64,000 nt of DNA from Blepharisma stoltei ATCC 30299 (taxonomy: Eukaryota; Protista; Ciliophora): the NCBI GenBank assembly GCA_965603825.1, contig CBFDEM010000009.1, forward strand, positions 434,001 to 498,000. The letters are read 5' to 3'. The position numbers and the translations under genes were made by a program. The notes under the pieces are model-generated. The model searched no databases, was not told where the DNA came from, and saw only the letters and a list, made by a program, of their open reading frames with translations. Shown piece by piece: positions 24,894-37,167 of the stretch (position 1 is the first letter of the stretch; the number at the start of each line of letters is the position of its first letter).

Positions 24894-25607
24894 ATGGACA
24901 AAATCCCTAAAAACCACAGAATTCCTCGCTTATGCTGGGTAATTTTTCAGGTTTTACAGCTCTCAGCAATTGGGCTGATGATCTGGGCCTTATTTACTTC
25001 AAGCTGGGTTGAGCTTAATATCCCTGGTTTCTATGGAGATTTGAAATGGAGTGGCTCTTTAACCTCGGTTCGTAAGGGTTTACGGGCACTCGAAGGCAGC
25101 ACCTACTCAGAATTATCCAGTGCTTACTGCAGCATAACCCAAAAGTCCAAGGATATTCCTAAAAAGGAACCTTCATGGTGTGAAATGTTTGCGTTACTTT
25201 GGGTTGGCGAAATAGTTTATTATATTCTTGAAGGGGTAGCAATCATCGCGATACTTATATGAATTTACACAATAGGGTTCAGGCTTAAAATTCATACAAG
25301 TTATTGGAAAACCCCAGGTTTATGCTGGGCATATTTATCTTGTATATCGCATGAAATTGCCTTTATCACGTGGATGATACTGTCAAATGCGACTTTTAGC
25401 GGGGAATGTGACCAAGAAAGCGAAGGAAAATCTCCACCGGAGCTTTGCGCTTTAAAAGGACCTACTATTGCATTAATACTTGCAGTTGTCCTACCAATTT
25501 TTTCAATATCATATATGCTACTAACCCGGTTTCTTCCTAAAATAGTTGAGGAAAAAGGGATTATTAAAGAAGACTCAGAAGGGAAACTTAATGAAGCTGA
25601 TGTTTAA
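24894..25607 (+). CDS. Claudin-like four-TM protein, tandem paralog 1
   Basis: Two ORFs joined by TGA at 25260, which aligns with TGG in the paralogs. Confidence 0.85.
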
Positions 25608-26281
25608 AAAATAGATTAAATTATCAATAGATTTTTTATCAAAAATTGGATAATTTAGATTTTTAAGATAATTTTTGCATGAGATTTATAAAAGTCATAA
25701 TGAGGATCTAGCATTAAAAATTTAGATAAAATATAATTAAATTCTAAATAATAGCTATCGAATTCTTTAAGAGATAAATTATTTTGCTCTTAAATAATTA
25801 TCAGAATTTCTAACTATTAAAAAAAATGACTTAGCTTTAAAAAATTATTATTTTAACTCAAAGTTGATGCCTGATATAGGCAATTTTTTTAAAATTTGAT
25901 TTGAGCCATTTTTCATTCTTTCATTTTATAGTTTGCAAGCAAATTTTTAGCATATTTTCACCGTATGGTATGCTAATTTTTTGCAATGAAGGTGAAAGCT
26001 AAATTGGATAAAATTATAAGCAACTTAAGGCAACGGACTATATTAAAATAATCATGAAGATTTCGTTTATTTTGAAAATATATCGGCATTCAAAATGATA
26101 TTTGCTTTTCTATTTCTTTAATCAAAGCTGCGCTTATTCCTTTGAGCTATTTATCATTTTATAATTTGCACCCCATTTATCTTAATTTGCTGCTCTTTCG
26201 CCATGTCATTTTTCTTATCATACTCCCTTTTCATTTCTTTTAAATAGCTGCAGCTTAATTTCAATTTTACTTAATGGATTA

Positions 26282-26354
26282 AGATCTTATTAGTGCTAAA
26301 AATTAGCTGGACAATTTACGGAACATTTTAATTATTAGGCAAATTTTGTAACGA
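26282..26354 (+). promoter_or_regulatory. Conserved upstream block shared with 28362-28432
   Basis: AAAATTAGCTGGACAATTTACGG.ACATTTT...GCAAATTTTGTAACGA lies about 60 nt upstream of the ATG of paralogs 2 and 3, while the surrounding DNA has diverged. Confidence 0.55.
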
Positions 26355-26416
26355 GTTGAGTCTTTTATTAATTTTTAAAATTAATGAGAAGACGCTAGAT
26401 AGCCTAATAATAATAA

Positions 26417-27124
26417 ATGAAAAGTTTAGCATTCAGCAAAATTTCAAATCTATGTTGGGTAATGTTCCAGGGCTTTCAGCTCACTACTATCGGAATCATG
26501 GCTTGGGCCCTCTTGTCAGACAATTGGGTAGAGCTTAATATCTCTGGCGTATACGGGGACTTGAAATGAACAGGAACCTTAACAAAAGTTCGTAAGGGCT
26601 TAAGGGCTTTAGAAGGCAGCTCTTACTTTGATATGTTTATAGCTTTTTGCAGCACAACTCAAAAGTCTCAAGATGTTCCTGACGAAGAAATGACTTGGTG
26701 CGAAATGTTTGCACAGCTTTGGATCAGTGAATTGGTTTACATAACTTTAGAAATAATCACTATTTGCGCAGTGCTCATATGGATTATTTCACTGAGATCT
26801 GCATTAAAAACTAACAAAATCAAGCCAGTCCCAGCGTTTTGGTTTGCACAAGTTGCATGGATTTCTCATGAAATCGCATTTATAAGCTGGATGGTTTTAG
26901 CCAAAGCAAATTTTAGTGGTGACTGTACAAGTGAAAGTGACGATGCCTCACCACCTAAGCTTTGTGCTCTTACTGGGCCAATCCTTGGCTTAATTTTAGC
27001 AATTATGCTACCAATCATGTCACTATCATATTCCTTATTGGTGCGATATTTACCAAAAGCAATTGATTGTGAGCATGTAGTTCAAAAAGAATCAGATGGA
27101 GCTTTAAAAGTAATTGTTGCTTAA
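26417..27124 (+). CDS. Claudin-like four-TM protein, tandem paralog 2
   Basis: ATG 26417. TGA at 26567 aligns with the TGG of LKW in both neighbours. Confidence 0.85.
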
Positions 27125-28488
27125 AGTAAGAAAATTGTAAATAAAAGTAATCTTGTCAGTAAATAAAAAAAAATCGCCAGAAACCATATTCATTAGCAAT
27201 TAAAGCTGTCAGAAGCTGAATTTAATTCACAATTGATATTTTTGAGCTAATATATTGGAAAATTAGCAGACACAATTAAAATATTTTTGATTTTTAAAGA
27301 GAGAAGAATATAACTGTATTGCTCATTAAAATTTTGATATTTTTCTTATGAAGGCATCTCAACTACTAAAAAAGTAAATGAATAAGTATAAAGGAATCCT
27401 TATATTAGGCAATTTTTTAGTAAATTTCGAAATCAATTAAAAAGTCACATATTTTCTTCTTAATCGGGATCATTATCTTGGTTTTATCCATTAAACAAAA
27501 AGTAAACTTTGAAAAGGAGAAGCTTTTTAATATCATTCGAGGGAATTCTATTTAGATCTTTATTACTCTCTGCAACGCTGCTTTAAAAGCAAAAAAATTT
27601 TCTTTAAGAGGCGATCTGCTGTGGGATTTAGAGTTGCTTTTATTATTTTTGAATTAACTAAATCTTTACGATATTTTTCAGAATTTAAACCATAAATTTA
27701 ATCTTATTCACGTGAATGGCATTATCACATAAATGATCTTTTTAAATCTAAATTTCCATGATGACTATAGCCATAAAGTATTGAGAATCTCTATTTGAGC
27801 TTTTCCATATCGCAGGCTCTGCTACTTTGCTTATACTTGCCAAGTTTTTTAAATTTCATATTCAATAGTAGTCAATTTCTTGAATTGAATTATTAATTTA
27901 AATAATGCATTTATGGAAATTCAATTAAAATCACACTTCAATGAAAATTCCTTATAAGAGTAATAAGTACTTAAAACATTTGAATAATCAATACTTATTT
28001 TACTCTTTTAACAAATCTTATAAAAATACACTTTAAATATAAGAAGAAAATGCAAAGATTAGGATTTAACCCCAATATGGAAAGTAATCAATAGATCATT
28101 ATTTTTGTAGCTCAACCTTCACCATTTTTAATTCTAATATTTATATTTTACAATTACAATTTGGATAATCCACTATATAGCTCTAAATTAGCTGCGATAT
28201 TCTCAGTTCATTCAAAAAATCTTACTTTTCCTAATTCATAATTTTTTTAAACTCCAATTTCAATATAAATCTTAATTAACTGCAGTATTTTTTAACAATC
28301 CTACTAATCTATAATTCCAAAAGATAAAAGCTCGTTCTCTTCAATTTTATTCAATCAAAGAGATCTTCTTAGTTTTAAAATTAGCTGGACAATTTACGGG
28401 ACATTTTACTTAATAAGCAAATTTTGTAACGAATATTCTTAAATTTTATTGACTCTCAATTTAATGAGGAGTAATAATAATTATCATA

Positions 28489-29199
28489 ATGAAAAGTTTA
28501 GCATTCAACAAATTTTCGAATTTATGGTGGGTTATGTTTCAAGGCTTTCAGCTGGCTACTATCGGAATCATAGCTTGGGCTCTCTGGTCGGACAACTGGG
28601 TAAAGCTTAATGTCTCTGGTGTATATGGGGACTTGAAATGGACAGGGTCTTTGACCAAAGTTCATAAAGGTTTGAGGGCTTTGCAAGGCAGCTCATACTA
28701 TGAAATGTTCACAGCTTTCTGTAGCACCACTGAAAAGTCTCAAGACGTGCCTGATGAAGAATCGACGTGGTGCGAAATGTTTGCACAACTCTGGATCAGC
28801 GAACTGATTTATATAGTTTTAGGAGTAATCACAGTCTGCGCAATTGTCATATGGATTATTTCACTGAGATCTGCATTAAAAACTAACAAAATCAAGCCAG
28901 TCCCAGCGTTTTGGTTTGCACAAGTTGCGTGGATTTCTCATGAAATCGCATTTATAAGCTGGATGGTTTTAGCCAAAGCAAATTTTAGTGGTGACTGTAC
29001 AAGTGAAAGTGACGATGACTCGCCGCCTAAGCTTTGTGCTCTTACTGGGCCAATCCTTGGCTTAATTTTAGCAATTATTTTGCCAATCATGGCATTATCG
29101 TATTCCTTATTAATACGATATTTGCCAAAACCTATTGAAGCTGAGCATGTAGTTCAAAAAGAATCAGAAGGGGCTTTAAAAGAAACTCCTATAAAATAA
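28489..29199 (+). CDS. Claudin-like four-TM protein, tandem paralog 3
   Basis: Intact 236-aa ORF, highly similar to paralog 2. Confidence 0.88.
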   Translation: MKSLAFNKFSNLWWVMFQGFQLATIGIIAWALWSDNWVKLNVSGVYGDLKWTGSLTKVHKGLRALQGSSYYEMFTAFCSTTEKSQDVPDEESTWCEMFAQLWISELIYIVLGVITVCAIVIWIISLRSALKTNKIKPVPAFWFAQVAWISHEIAFISWMVLAKANFSGDCTSESDDDSPPKLCALTGPILGLILAIILPIMALSYSLLIRYLPKPIEAEHVVQKESEGALKETPIK

Positions 29200-29343
29200 A
29201 TAAAAGGGAATTCTCGATTAAAATAATTTTATTATGAAAAATGAGTCATAATTCGTTATTTGACACATTTTTTTCTTAAACTTACAATTATTTGGATATA
29301 GTCCGATAAAAAGATTTTTATTTATACCTGAAATGCAAATTTA

Positions 29344-30276
29344 TTATATTTTATTGTTTGATATAATTAATTCAATTGGGTGATGGTCGCTTCCCATGAT
29401 GGTGTCATATATTATATGATCTTTTACCCTAGGCAAAAAATTTGCACTTACAATTGCATAGTCAAGCCTCCATCCTCTATTTTTTATTCTTGAATCAGTT
29501 CGTCTTTGGCTAAACCATGTATATTTCCTCACATTTGGGTAAAGCGATCTAAAAGTATCAACCAAGCCGTCATTTAAAGTTGCTGAAAAAGAACTTCTCT
29601 CTTCAATTGTGCAGCCTGGACATTTTTCATTGCCTTTAAAGCTATGTATATCAAGTTCTTGATGCACAACATTTAGATCACCTATTCAAATGACACTTTT
29701 TCCTGTTTTTTCTAAGTTTTTAAGGTACTCTTTTAGGTCTTTGTCCCATTCTTCAACTCGATATTGAAGCCGAACAAGCCCTTCACCTGCATTTGGTATG
29801 TAAGAGCATACTAAATAAAAAGTTTCATACTCAGCTGTAAGCACTCTTCCTTCATCATCATGTTTTCTTTTATCAATCCCTGGCTTCACACTAATAGGCT
29901 CAATTTTGCTTAAAATCGCTACTCCTGAATATCCTTTTTTGACACGGCTGCATGACCAATATTGATATTTATATTGAGGAAAATTATCCTTTAAATCGGT
30001 CGTCATAGATTCCTGAAGCTTTGTTTCATTAAAACAAAAAATATCAAAGCGGTCCTGGGCTAAAAAATCGAGAAAAGTCTGCTTTTTTAAGCATGCTCGG
30101 AGACCATTTACATTTCAGCATCCTATGTGGATTTCTGGGCTTTCAAAAATGCCATTACCATTTGATTTTGGAGGTTTTTCAGTAGTAAGTGTAAGCTGTC
30201 TGAAAGGAGATTTAAGAAGTGTACTTGTTTCTGGAAAAGGGAGTTTTCGCTTGGCGGGAAGCAATGTTTTTAGCAT
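29344..30276 (-). CDS. APEX1: AP endonuclease / exodeoxyribonuclease III family
   Basis: W(TGA)NVNGLRA, NETK, GYSGVA, EGRV, YIPNAG, W(TGA)IGDLNV.H, GWRLDY, GSDH.P. Confidence 0.93.
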
Positions 30277-30644
30277 TATGGAATAATAAATAATTCGGCT
30301 GCGTTTATTTCTTTATTAAAATATTGTTTTCCTTAAACATGAAAAGCAAAACTTAATTTTTTGATTAAAATGCTAATTAATGTATTTAGAATTGAAATAT
30401 TGTGCTTATAATTTATTTATAAAAATAATGAAAGAAAATATACTCATTATTTATCCTGCATTATTTACAATGGAGAGAAGAAATCGGTTCAATTGAAGCT
30501 GTTAGACAAATATATGAGTCATTCCAAGAAGAATCAGCCAATGGTGCAACCATCATTATATAGTCTCTAAAAAAATTTATTAATTTAAATACCTACTACT
30601 TTCTAAATAATTAATATAATTATTATCAATCTATAATATCTTAT

Positions 30645-31520
30645 TTACTCATTTATTTTGACTTTAAAACTAAAATCCATCTTCGGACTTCTATTTTGTG
30701 ATAGCGATTTCACATTAAACTGCGACGCACTTACAACAGTTAAATACTCGTTTATCCTATTTCTCAGCACAATCCCTAATGCTCCTTCACTGTCTCCTCG
30801 AGTTTTTATAATTAAATCAGGACTAAACCTATATTGACAGCCAAATTTTACCTCTACAGTTTTTTCACTTGTATAGATGAAGGAAGAGCCTAATTTTAAG
30901 TCTTTTTTGAAATCATAATACATTGAGCATACTAAATTTCCTAGTGAATATTCTTTTTTGTCAGTGCTTATATGCTTTATTCCTATTCTATGACGGTCAT
31001 TTGACCAAAATAATGCTGCATTATAGGTTATAAATCGTAAGGAGCGGAGTCCTAACGCAAGCTCTAGCCCGCAGCCAAAATTTTTATGTTTTGCTACAGT
31101 ACTTATGTTTAGAGAAGGATAATCAGTAATAGAAAATTTAGTCCTGTGCTTTTCAGTGATCTGCTCTATGGAGATTGATTTTTTTTGTGAATGGGAATCT
31201 GCATTATGGTCAAGCTCAAATTGAAGCGTGGAATTTGGGTATTTTGGATTAGTGTATTCGACAAAAGACTTGAAGAACTTAGACGTAAATATTTCTTGCT
31301 TAAATAAAAACTGGGGAATAGAGTAGCTAAAGTAAACTGAGCCGATTGTAATTGGAATATGGTTGTCACTAGGTATCTGTCTGATTGAAGATTTAGTTTT
31401 CAAGTCATCAGCTGCCTTTGCATATAGTGAAATCGCCGCAATTTGGTTAAAACAGTAGCCTTTTTCAAGTAAATCTTCTTGAAGCTTAGTTATACGATCA
31501 AAACTTTCAAGTTTTGCCAT
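30645..31520 (-). CDS. Eukaryotic porin (VDAC/Tom40 superfamily)-like beta-barrel
   Basis: 291 aa with an N-terminal helix (DLLEKGY), amphipathic beta strands and a C-terminal F.F.V.I beta-signal. Confidence 0.7.
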   Translation of the reverse strand: MAKLESFDRITKLQEDLLEKGYCFNQIAAISLYAKAADDLKTKSSIRQIPSDNHIPITIGSVYFSYSIPQFLFKQEIFTSKFFKSFVEYTNPKYPNSTLQFELDHNADSHSQKKSISIEQITEKHRTKFSITDYPSLNISTVAKHKNFGCGLELALGLRSLRFITYNAALFWSNDRHRIGIKHISTDKKEYSLGNLVCSMYYDFKKDLKLGSSFIYTSEKTVEVKFGCQYRFSPDLIIKTRGDSEGALGIVLRNRINEYLTVVSASQFNVKSLSQNRSPKMDFSFKVKINE

Positions 31521-31636
31521 TTATAAACGAAAAAGGCTTTCAGAAATTAATGAAAATAACACCCAACGAAAATTTTATATTAGAAATATTTTAGTATAAG
31601 AATTCTCCATTGTTATTTTCTGCATCATAATATATA

Positions 31637-33508
31637 ATGGGCTGTGGAGGATCAAAGAAACCGAAAGAGGAAACCAAAAAAGTTGAGGAAAAACATGAAG
31701 AAAATAAGCACGACATTACAAATGGAGGTGAAGGAGAAAAGCCTACTAATCAGCCAGAAACTAAAACAACTGAAGAAGGCCAAGCAGGTGGCCATGCAGG
31801 GACCCTCATCTTTGAAGGCAACCGACTTCTTAAAAAAGCCAAAAAAGGCGAAATCGATTTCTTTCAATATCTCTATAGCCCAGACCAAACAGACCAAGAT
31901 ATAATTGAGCTCAGAAAATTCGCCCCAAGTTTCTACGGAATTGAAGAGCGAAATAACGAGCGCTACATTTCAATGGAAAATTTGCTTACAGGATATGATT
32001 ATCCAAATATCATGGACTGCAAGCTTGGAAGGATTACATGGACACCTCACCATACTGAAGAAACCAAAGCCCATCAAGAAGCCAAAAATAAAACCACCAC
32101 AACTGGCTCTTTAGGCTTCAGAATTTCAGGAATCGTTACCAAAGATTCCCATGGCAAAAAACTCGAAGCTTGGGCCAAAAAAGAAGGCTTTTTTGGCATT
32201 AATGAAGGAAATATACATGAGCAGTTCGCAAAAATCGTGACCCATGACGGAAAAATCAATTATGAAGCTATCGATATTTTTATTAGAGGGACAATAGAAA
32301 TATTATACTGGTTTAAAAGGCAAAAAACAAAGCATTTTGTAGCAAGCTCAGTATTTTATGTCAGTGGGAAAAATAATAAACATCAGGTGAGGTATATTGA
32401 TTTTGCACATGCAATTGAGGCGAATGGAGAAATTGATAATAATGTTATTGAAGGGCTGGAAAATTGTGTGAAAATTTGGGAAAAACTAAAAAATCCAATG
32501 CCACAGCCTGTAGCTTCAGGTGATCAAGCAGGCGGGCATGAAGGCAGCTTGATTTTTAGAGGAAATAAGCTGCTTAAAAAAGCCCATCCTGCTGAAATTG
32601 GGTTTTATAGCGCGCTGTTTGACCCACAGCTAGAAAATACTGAATTAATCGAATTCCGTAAATTTGTGCCATATTATTATGGAGTGGAAATAATAAATAA
32701 CAAAAATTATATTGTCCTTGAAAATGTGCTATTTGGGTATGAGCACCCTAATGTATTAGACTGCAAAATAGGAAAAGTCACCTGGACTAAAGACCATAAT
32801 GAAGTAAAAACTAGAAAACAGCAAGAAAAAGCAAGGACTACCACAACTGGATCTCTAGGCTTCAGGATTTCTGGCTTGATAACCAAAGATGAATATGGGA
32901 ATAAAATAGAATCCTGGAGCAAAGATGGTGGATATTTCAATATAACCCCAGAAAATATTCATGAGCAGCTGGCAAAAATTGTTCACAGAGGAGAAACTTT
33001 TCAGCTTGACAGAGTAGAGCTCCTAATAAAGCAAACCCAAGAAATATTAAACTGGTTTACAAGGCAGCGGTCTAAGCTATTTTTCACTGCTTCTGTTTTA
33101 TATGTAAACGGCACTGACAAAGCCCAAGCTCGATTTATTGATTTCGCTCACGTTTTTGATGCAGAAGGGCATGAAGATATAAGTAATTTCTAAATAGACA
33201 CAAGAGAAGGACTAGAAAACCTTATAAAATGCTGGCAAGAAGTCATAAGGAAATACTGCGCTCCCCAAGAGAGAGTAAAACCCCAAAAATTCCCTTATGA
33301 AGTTACTTTGGAAGAAGGAAAAACCTACCATTACTGTGACTGTGGAAGGTCAAAAACGCAGCCATTTTGTGATGGTTCTCATATTGATACCTCTTTTGCC
33401 CCAATTGAAGTAGTGGTTAATGAGACTAAGCTTTATCATCTCTGCGGCTGCAAATCTACCAAAAACAAGCCTTATTGCGATGGCTCTCATACTAAATTAG
33501 ACTGGTAG
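31637..33508 (+). CDS. N-acylated tandem inositol polyphosphate kinase (IPK x2) fused to two CDGSH Fe-S motifs, 618 aa; intron 33183-33197
   Basis: MGCGGSK N-terminus. Two copies of QAGGH / LEN / P...DCK.G / SLGFRISG / IDFAH. Intron GTAATTTCTAAATAG joins these in frame to CDCGRSKTQPFCDGSH and CGCKSTKNKPYCDGSH. Confidence 0.9.
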
Positions 33509-33526
33509 CTTATTTTTTAAATAATT

Positions 33527-34567
33527 TTAATCTCTATAATTTCTTGGTATTTTATTTCTCTCTGGGAATTTTTGTCTGTCAATGTCTTTGCTCTCTGTCC
33601 CCTTCATGCTTGATATCTGAAGCTGCAAACCTTTTAATGACTCTATATGGTCTGCTACAGACTGTGGGCTAATAAAGCACTTCATACTGACAGTCCTATC
33701 ATAGTTTTGCAGTTGAGAAGTCTCAGCTTCTACCTTTAAGAACAATTTTTCTTTGCTTTCTGCATAAAAGTCAATTAATTCTCTGCTATTGGCCTGCTGT
33801 AGTATTTTTGAGACATTGCTGTATAGTTCCCCAATAGATGTAACTTTTGAGGCTAAAGCGCGACTTATGGCATCTAATTCTTTTAAATTTTCTTCTAAAA
33901 ATCTGTCAGCTTGAGATGTTAATTCTTTTTCTTTTTTATCCAATCTTGCTCTTAAGTCTTCAAAAGCGTGCTTTATTTGTTGTTTGGCTGTATGAGATTG
34001 GTCTAATGTTTCTTTTTTCCGTTGCTCTATTTTTTCTTCAAGGTTTTGAAGCTCATCTTGCTTATTGGAAAGGAGAAGGAGCATGTCTTCAACTTTTCCT
34101 TTTATGATAGGAAATGCTGTTTTTACTCTCATAACTTCGTGGCCTTTATGCAGACCATGAATTGCACATTCTGAGCAGATGCATTCTGATTCACACTCAA
34201 AACAATAATAATTAGGAACTTCGTCTGGGTGATCTTTGCAGTATTCTTGAGGAGGCTCCCAATTTTGTTTGTATTGATCAGAAGTGGTTAAGTCTCCTTC
34301 ATCAAGTTCTGAGTCTTTTGGCTCTTCTAAATTAAGCTTGAGAAGCTCATTCGCGCTTGAAGGGTCTAGGATAGTTGAGGAACGGCATATATCACAAGCA
34401 ACTTTCTACATGGAAAATACATAAAAAGGCTCATTTTCTTTAGAATAATCTTTGAGAATATTTCTAGCTGAGCACAACAAGCAAAGATTATGATCGCACG
34501 TAAGAATTAACATATCTGAAGGCTGTCTTCCGCATTTTGCACAAGTCATGGCCATAAGTGAGTCCAT
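33527..34567 (-). CDS. RING + B-box + coiled-coil (TRIM/RBCC-like) protein; intron 34406-34420
   Basis: CAKC..LTCDHNLCLLC..CDIC (RING); CKDH...YCFEC...ICSEC...HKGH (B-box2); followed by coiled coil. Confidence 0.85.
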
Positions 34568-34853
34568 TTTCAAAAACTTATTTATAACTGTGGCTTAATT
34601 TTTGGCAATACTTTGCCTGTTTTTTCGATTAAGCTTAATTTGATTATTTTAATTATATTTAATACCAATAAACAATACTATCAGCATTCTATATGAAATT
34701 TATTTCTAGCGGCTTCTTTGGTATAGCAATTCCAATAATATTAATAAAATCCTTATAATAAATAATCAATTTAACTTATATCTTTTATACAGGTTAAATC
34801 CTTTGATACTAGAGAAAATAATTAATTTATTTAAAACCTCTCAAATAGGCATT

Positions 34854-37160
34854 TTATATATTTTCTGGAATTTCTTCAAGTTGGGCAGCTCTTGTTGAGT
34901 TTTCATCATCAAAAGATATCAATCTTCCTGACTTGGGGATAATTCCTGGCTTAATATCACTTGACTCATTAAAAGCATACAGTTTTCTTGTCCTGGGCGT
35001 CAAATAATTCGATCTCGGCGAGCACCCCATCCCAGGTGACCCTAAAGGTGAATAATATTGCAAAGGCGAGGGCAAATTTGCTCTCAGCGGACTCGTCGGG
35101 TTCAGCGCTGCAATTCTTGGTTTAATTGGATTTAATCCTGTCAAAAACACTTTGAAGCTTGGTATGAAGCATTTATTATAAAATCTTATAATATCTCCAG
35201 CTTGGTATATATCTTTATATATTTTCTGATTATCGCCATATATTCCTGTGTATTGTTCAATTAGGCTTTTAAATTCAATTGGGCTATGGAGCTTACAAAC
35301 TGAATATACACAGCACAGAATTAACGTGTCTAAATGCCTATTTAGCAGAATTTCTGTATGCTCGGATAAGGCGATTTTTAAAATATCCCAAATATGTTCT
35401 CTGATTTCGTCATTAATTCCTAAAATTTCTGTTAATTCTAGCACTCGGTGAGCGGAATGGGATAAAACACGTCTGAAAAAAACGGAAAAAATGCCGTTAT
35501 TTGGGGATTTTGGGGTGATGTCAGAAGATTCGCTTTCGTCGAGGGCTTCAGGGATAGGAGAATGGATTTCTCCAATATATTCTTTTAAATACTGAAAAAT
35601 TGGGCTGTTTTGTTCCCAGGCAAGCTCTGATAAAATTTTGACCTCAATTTCTTTGAAATGCCTTTTCAGAGGAATTGGGAATTTTACGTCAAATTGTGCG
35701 AAGCTATTGATGAGCTTCCAAAACTCAAATCCAGCGATTTGACAGAAGCTTAAAACTTGGGGGAAAGTTATATGGGTAAGCGAATGCAAAAAAATCACTG
35801 AAATAATGCTGCAAGCCAAAGCGGTTTGGTGGAAAGAGTCATTGTTGAGTAAAACCCCAAAGTTTCTTGAAGTCAGCCGTTTTTCTTCATTTGTTAGCAT
35901 TCCATCAATGGACTTCAAATATAAGCTTATCGTGATTTCTACCTTTTGATTGGGTTTTGAAGAAGACATATACTCCATTATAATATCAGGGCAATTCTGT
36001 GTTTCGTCATAGAAAAGTGCCAATTTATTCCTATACTCATTGACTTTTTGAGAAATTTGAATTTCCGTATTTGCTAAATATTCAGCAAGCTTAGTCGGCA
36101 AATTATCAACAGAGACTTTTTTAGTAATATCTCTGAGCCAGCTGCTCATTTCCATAGCCATGCTCATAGGAGTCGCCATCTGAAACGGAGACATCGGTGG
36201 CAGCCTTTTTATGCTTTCTAATTGGCTTTTTAATGAAATATCTTCATTATCGTTATCCCACGCTATAAGTCTTTTTGAGTTAACTGTTTGGTAATTTAAG
36301 GTTTTATTCCTCAAGATTTTAGGAAGCTGCTTTACAGGGGTGCTAGCTTTGTGCTTTTGGATGAATTCTCGATCGTCTATTCTGGAGCGGCTTTCATTTT
36401 CATAGAATTTTGATAAATTTTGCAAATTGTGATTAAGGTGACAAGCGGAAAAAATGCCTTCTAAGTTCTCAGTCTCATCGACATTTCCTCGGAGAATTTC
36501 TTGTTTTTTTAGGTTTTGGATTAAATTTAAGACAGTCAAAGCGGAGTCTGTGCCTTGTTCTTCGTCTCCGCTTAAGAGAGAGGCAAGATAGTTAATAAGA
36601 GAAGAGTTTGGGCATGCATATGTGACTGTGGATGGGAGGTTTGTCAAAATGAAATAAAGGACACCTATCATAAGGCATGCAGTCTCGACAATGTCGTAGG
36701 GATTAGTTATAAGCATGAGTCTTCCTAAGGAAACTAGCATCCAAGCGAATTCTTTTATCATTCCGACGACGCCGAAGTGCCCTTGCTGCTCATTAAGTTC
36801 AAGCTGTCCCCAAATTTCTTGGAATTTTCTGAATACGCTGGCTGTGAAGGAAAATTTGTCAACTTCAATAAGAATATCATTAGCTGCGTTCGTTGATTTT
36901 AAGAAATCTTTTAAAAATGCAATAAAATCAGCAGTTTCATCAACTCCTTTTGCGAGCCTATATAACGAAACTTTGATTTTTTCTGGGTTAATTCTCATTG
37001 CTAAAAAGATTGAAGCTCTTGACAAATATGAGTCGAAAAACTCAATTTTCTGGCTGTTTTGGTTGAATTCTTTGGAAATTTTTAATGCAATTTGTATTGT
37101 TTGGGTGTCTAAGTTCAGCTGGGTTGCCAAGCTCTCAATGTAATTTGAATCATGGTTCAT
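34854..37160 (-). CDS. RBR: Retinoblastoma-related pocket protein
   Basis: TPMSMAM...WL, EEKRL, FH..ALAC, FEFWKLI, LKRH...E..ILSELAW..NSP (RB-A); FFRRV, RHLDTLILCC.Y, DIIRFYN..FIP (RB-B); S/TP sites and TPRTRKLYAF.ES. Confidence 0.93.
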   Translation of the reverse strand: MNHDSNYIESLATQLNLDTQTIQIALKISKEFNQNSQKIEFFDSYLSRASIFLAMRINPEKIKVSLYRLAKGVDETADFIAFLKDFLKSTNAANDILIEVDKFSFTASVFRKFQEIWGQLELNEQQGHFGVVGMIKEFAWMLVSLGRLMLITNPYDIVETACLMIGVLYFILTNLPSTVTYACPNSSLINYLASLLSGDEEQGTDSALTVLNLIQNLKKQEILRGNVDETENLEGIFSACHLNHNLQNLSKFYENESRSRIDDREFIQKHKASTPVKQLPKILRNKTLNYQTVNSKRLIAWDNDNEDISLKSQLESIKRLPPMSPFQMATPMSMAMEMSSWLRDITKKVSVDNLPTKLAEYLANTEIQISQKVNEYRNKLALFYDETQNCPDIIMEYMSSSKPNQKVEITISLYLKSIDGMLTNEEKRLTSRNFGVLLNNDSFHQTALACSIISVIFLHSLTHITFPQVLSFCQIAGFEFWKLINSFAQFDVKFPIPLKRHFKEIEVKILSELAWEQNSPIFQYLKEYIGEIHSPIPEALDESESSDITPKSPNNGIFSVFFRRVLSHSAHRVLELTEILGINDEIREHIWDILKIALSEHTEILLNRHLDTLILCCVYSVCKLHSPIEFKSLIEQYTGIYGDNQKIYKDIYQAGDIIRFYNKCFIPSFKVFLTGLNPIKPRIAALNPTSPLRANLPSPLQYYSPLGSPGMGCSPRSNYLTPRTRKLYAFNESSDIKPGIIPKSGRLISFDDENSTRAAQLEEIPENI

Positions 37161-37167
37161 TTTAATA

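Noticed and set aside
33308-33508. Stand-alone CISD3-like gene
   Set aside because: It has no ATG and is continuous in frame with the kinase after a canonical intron.
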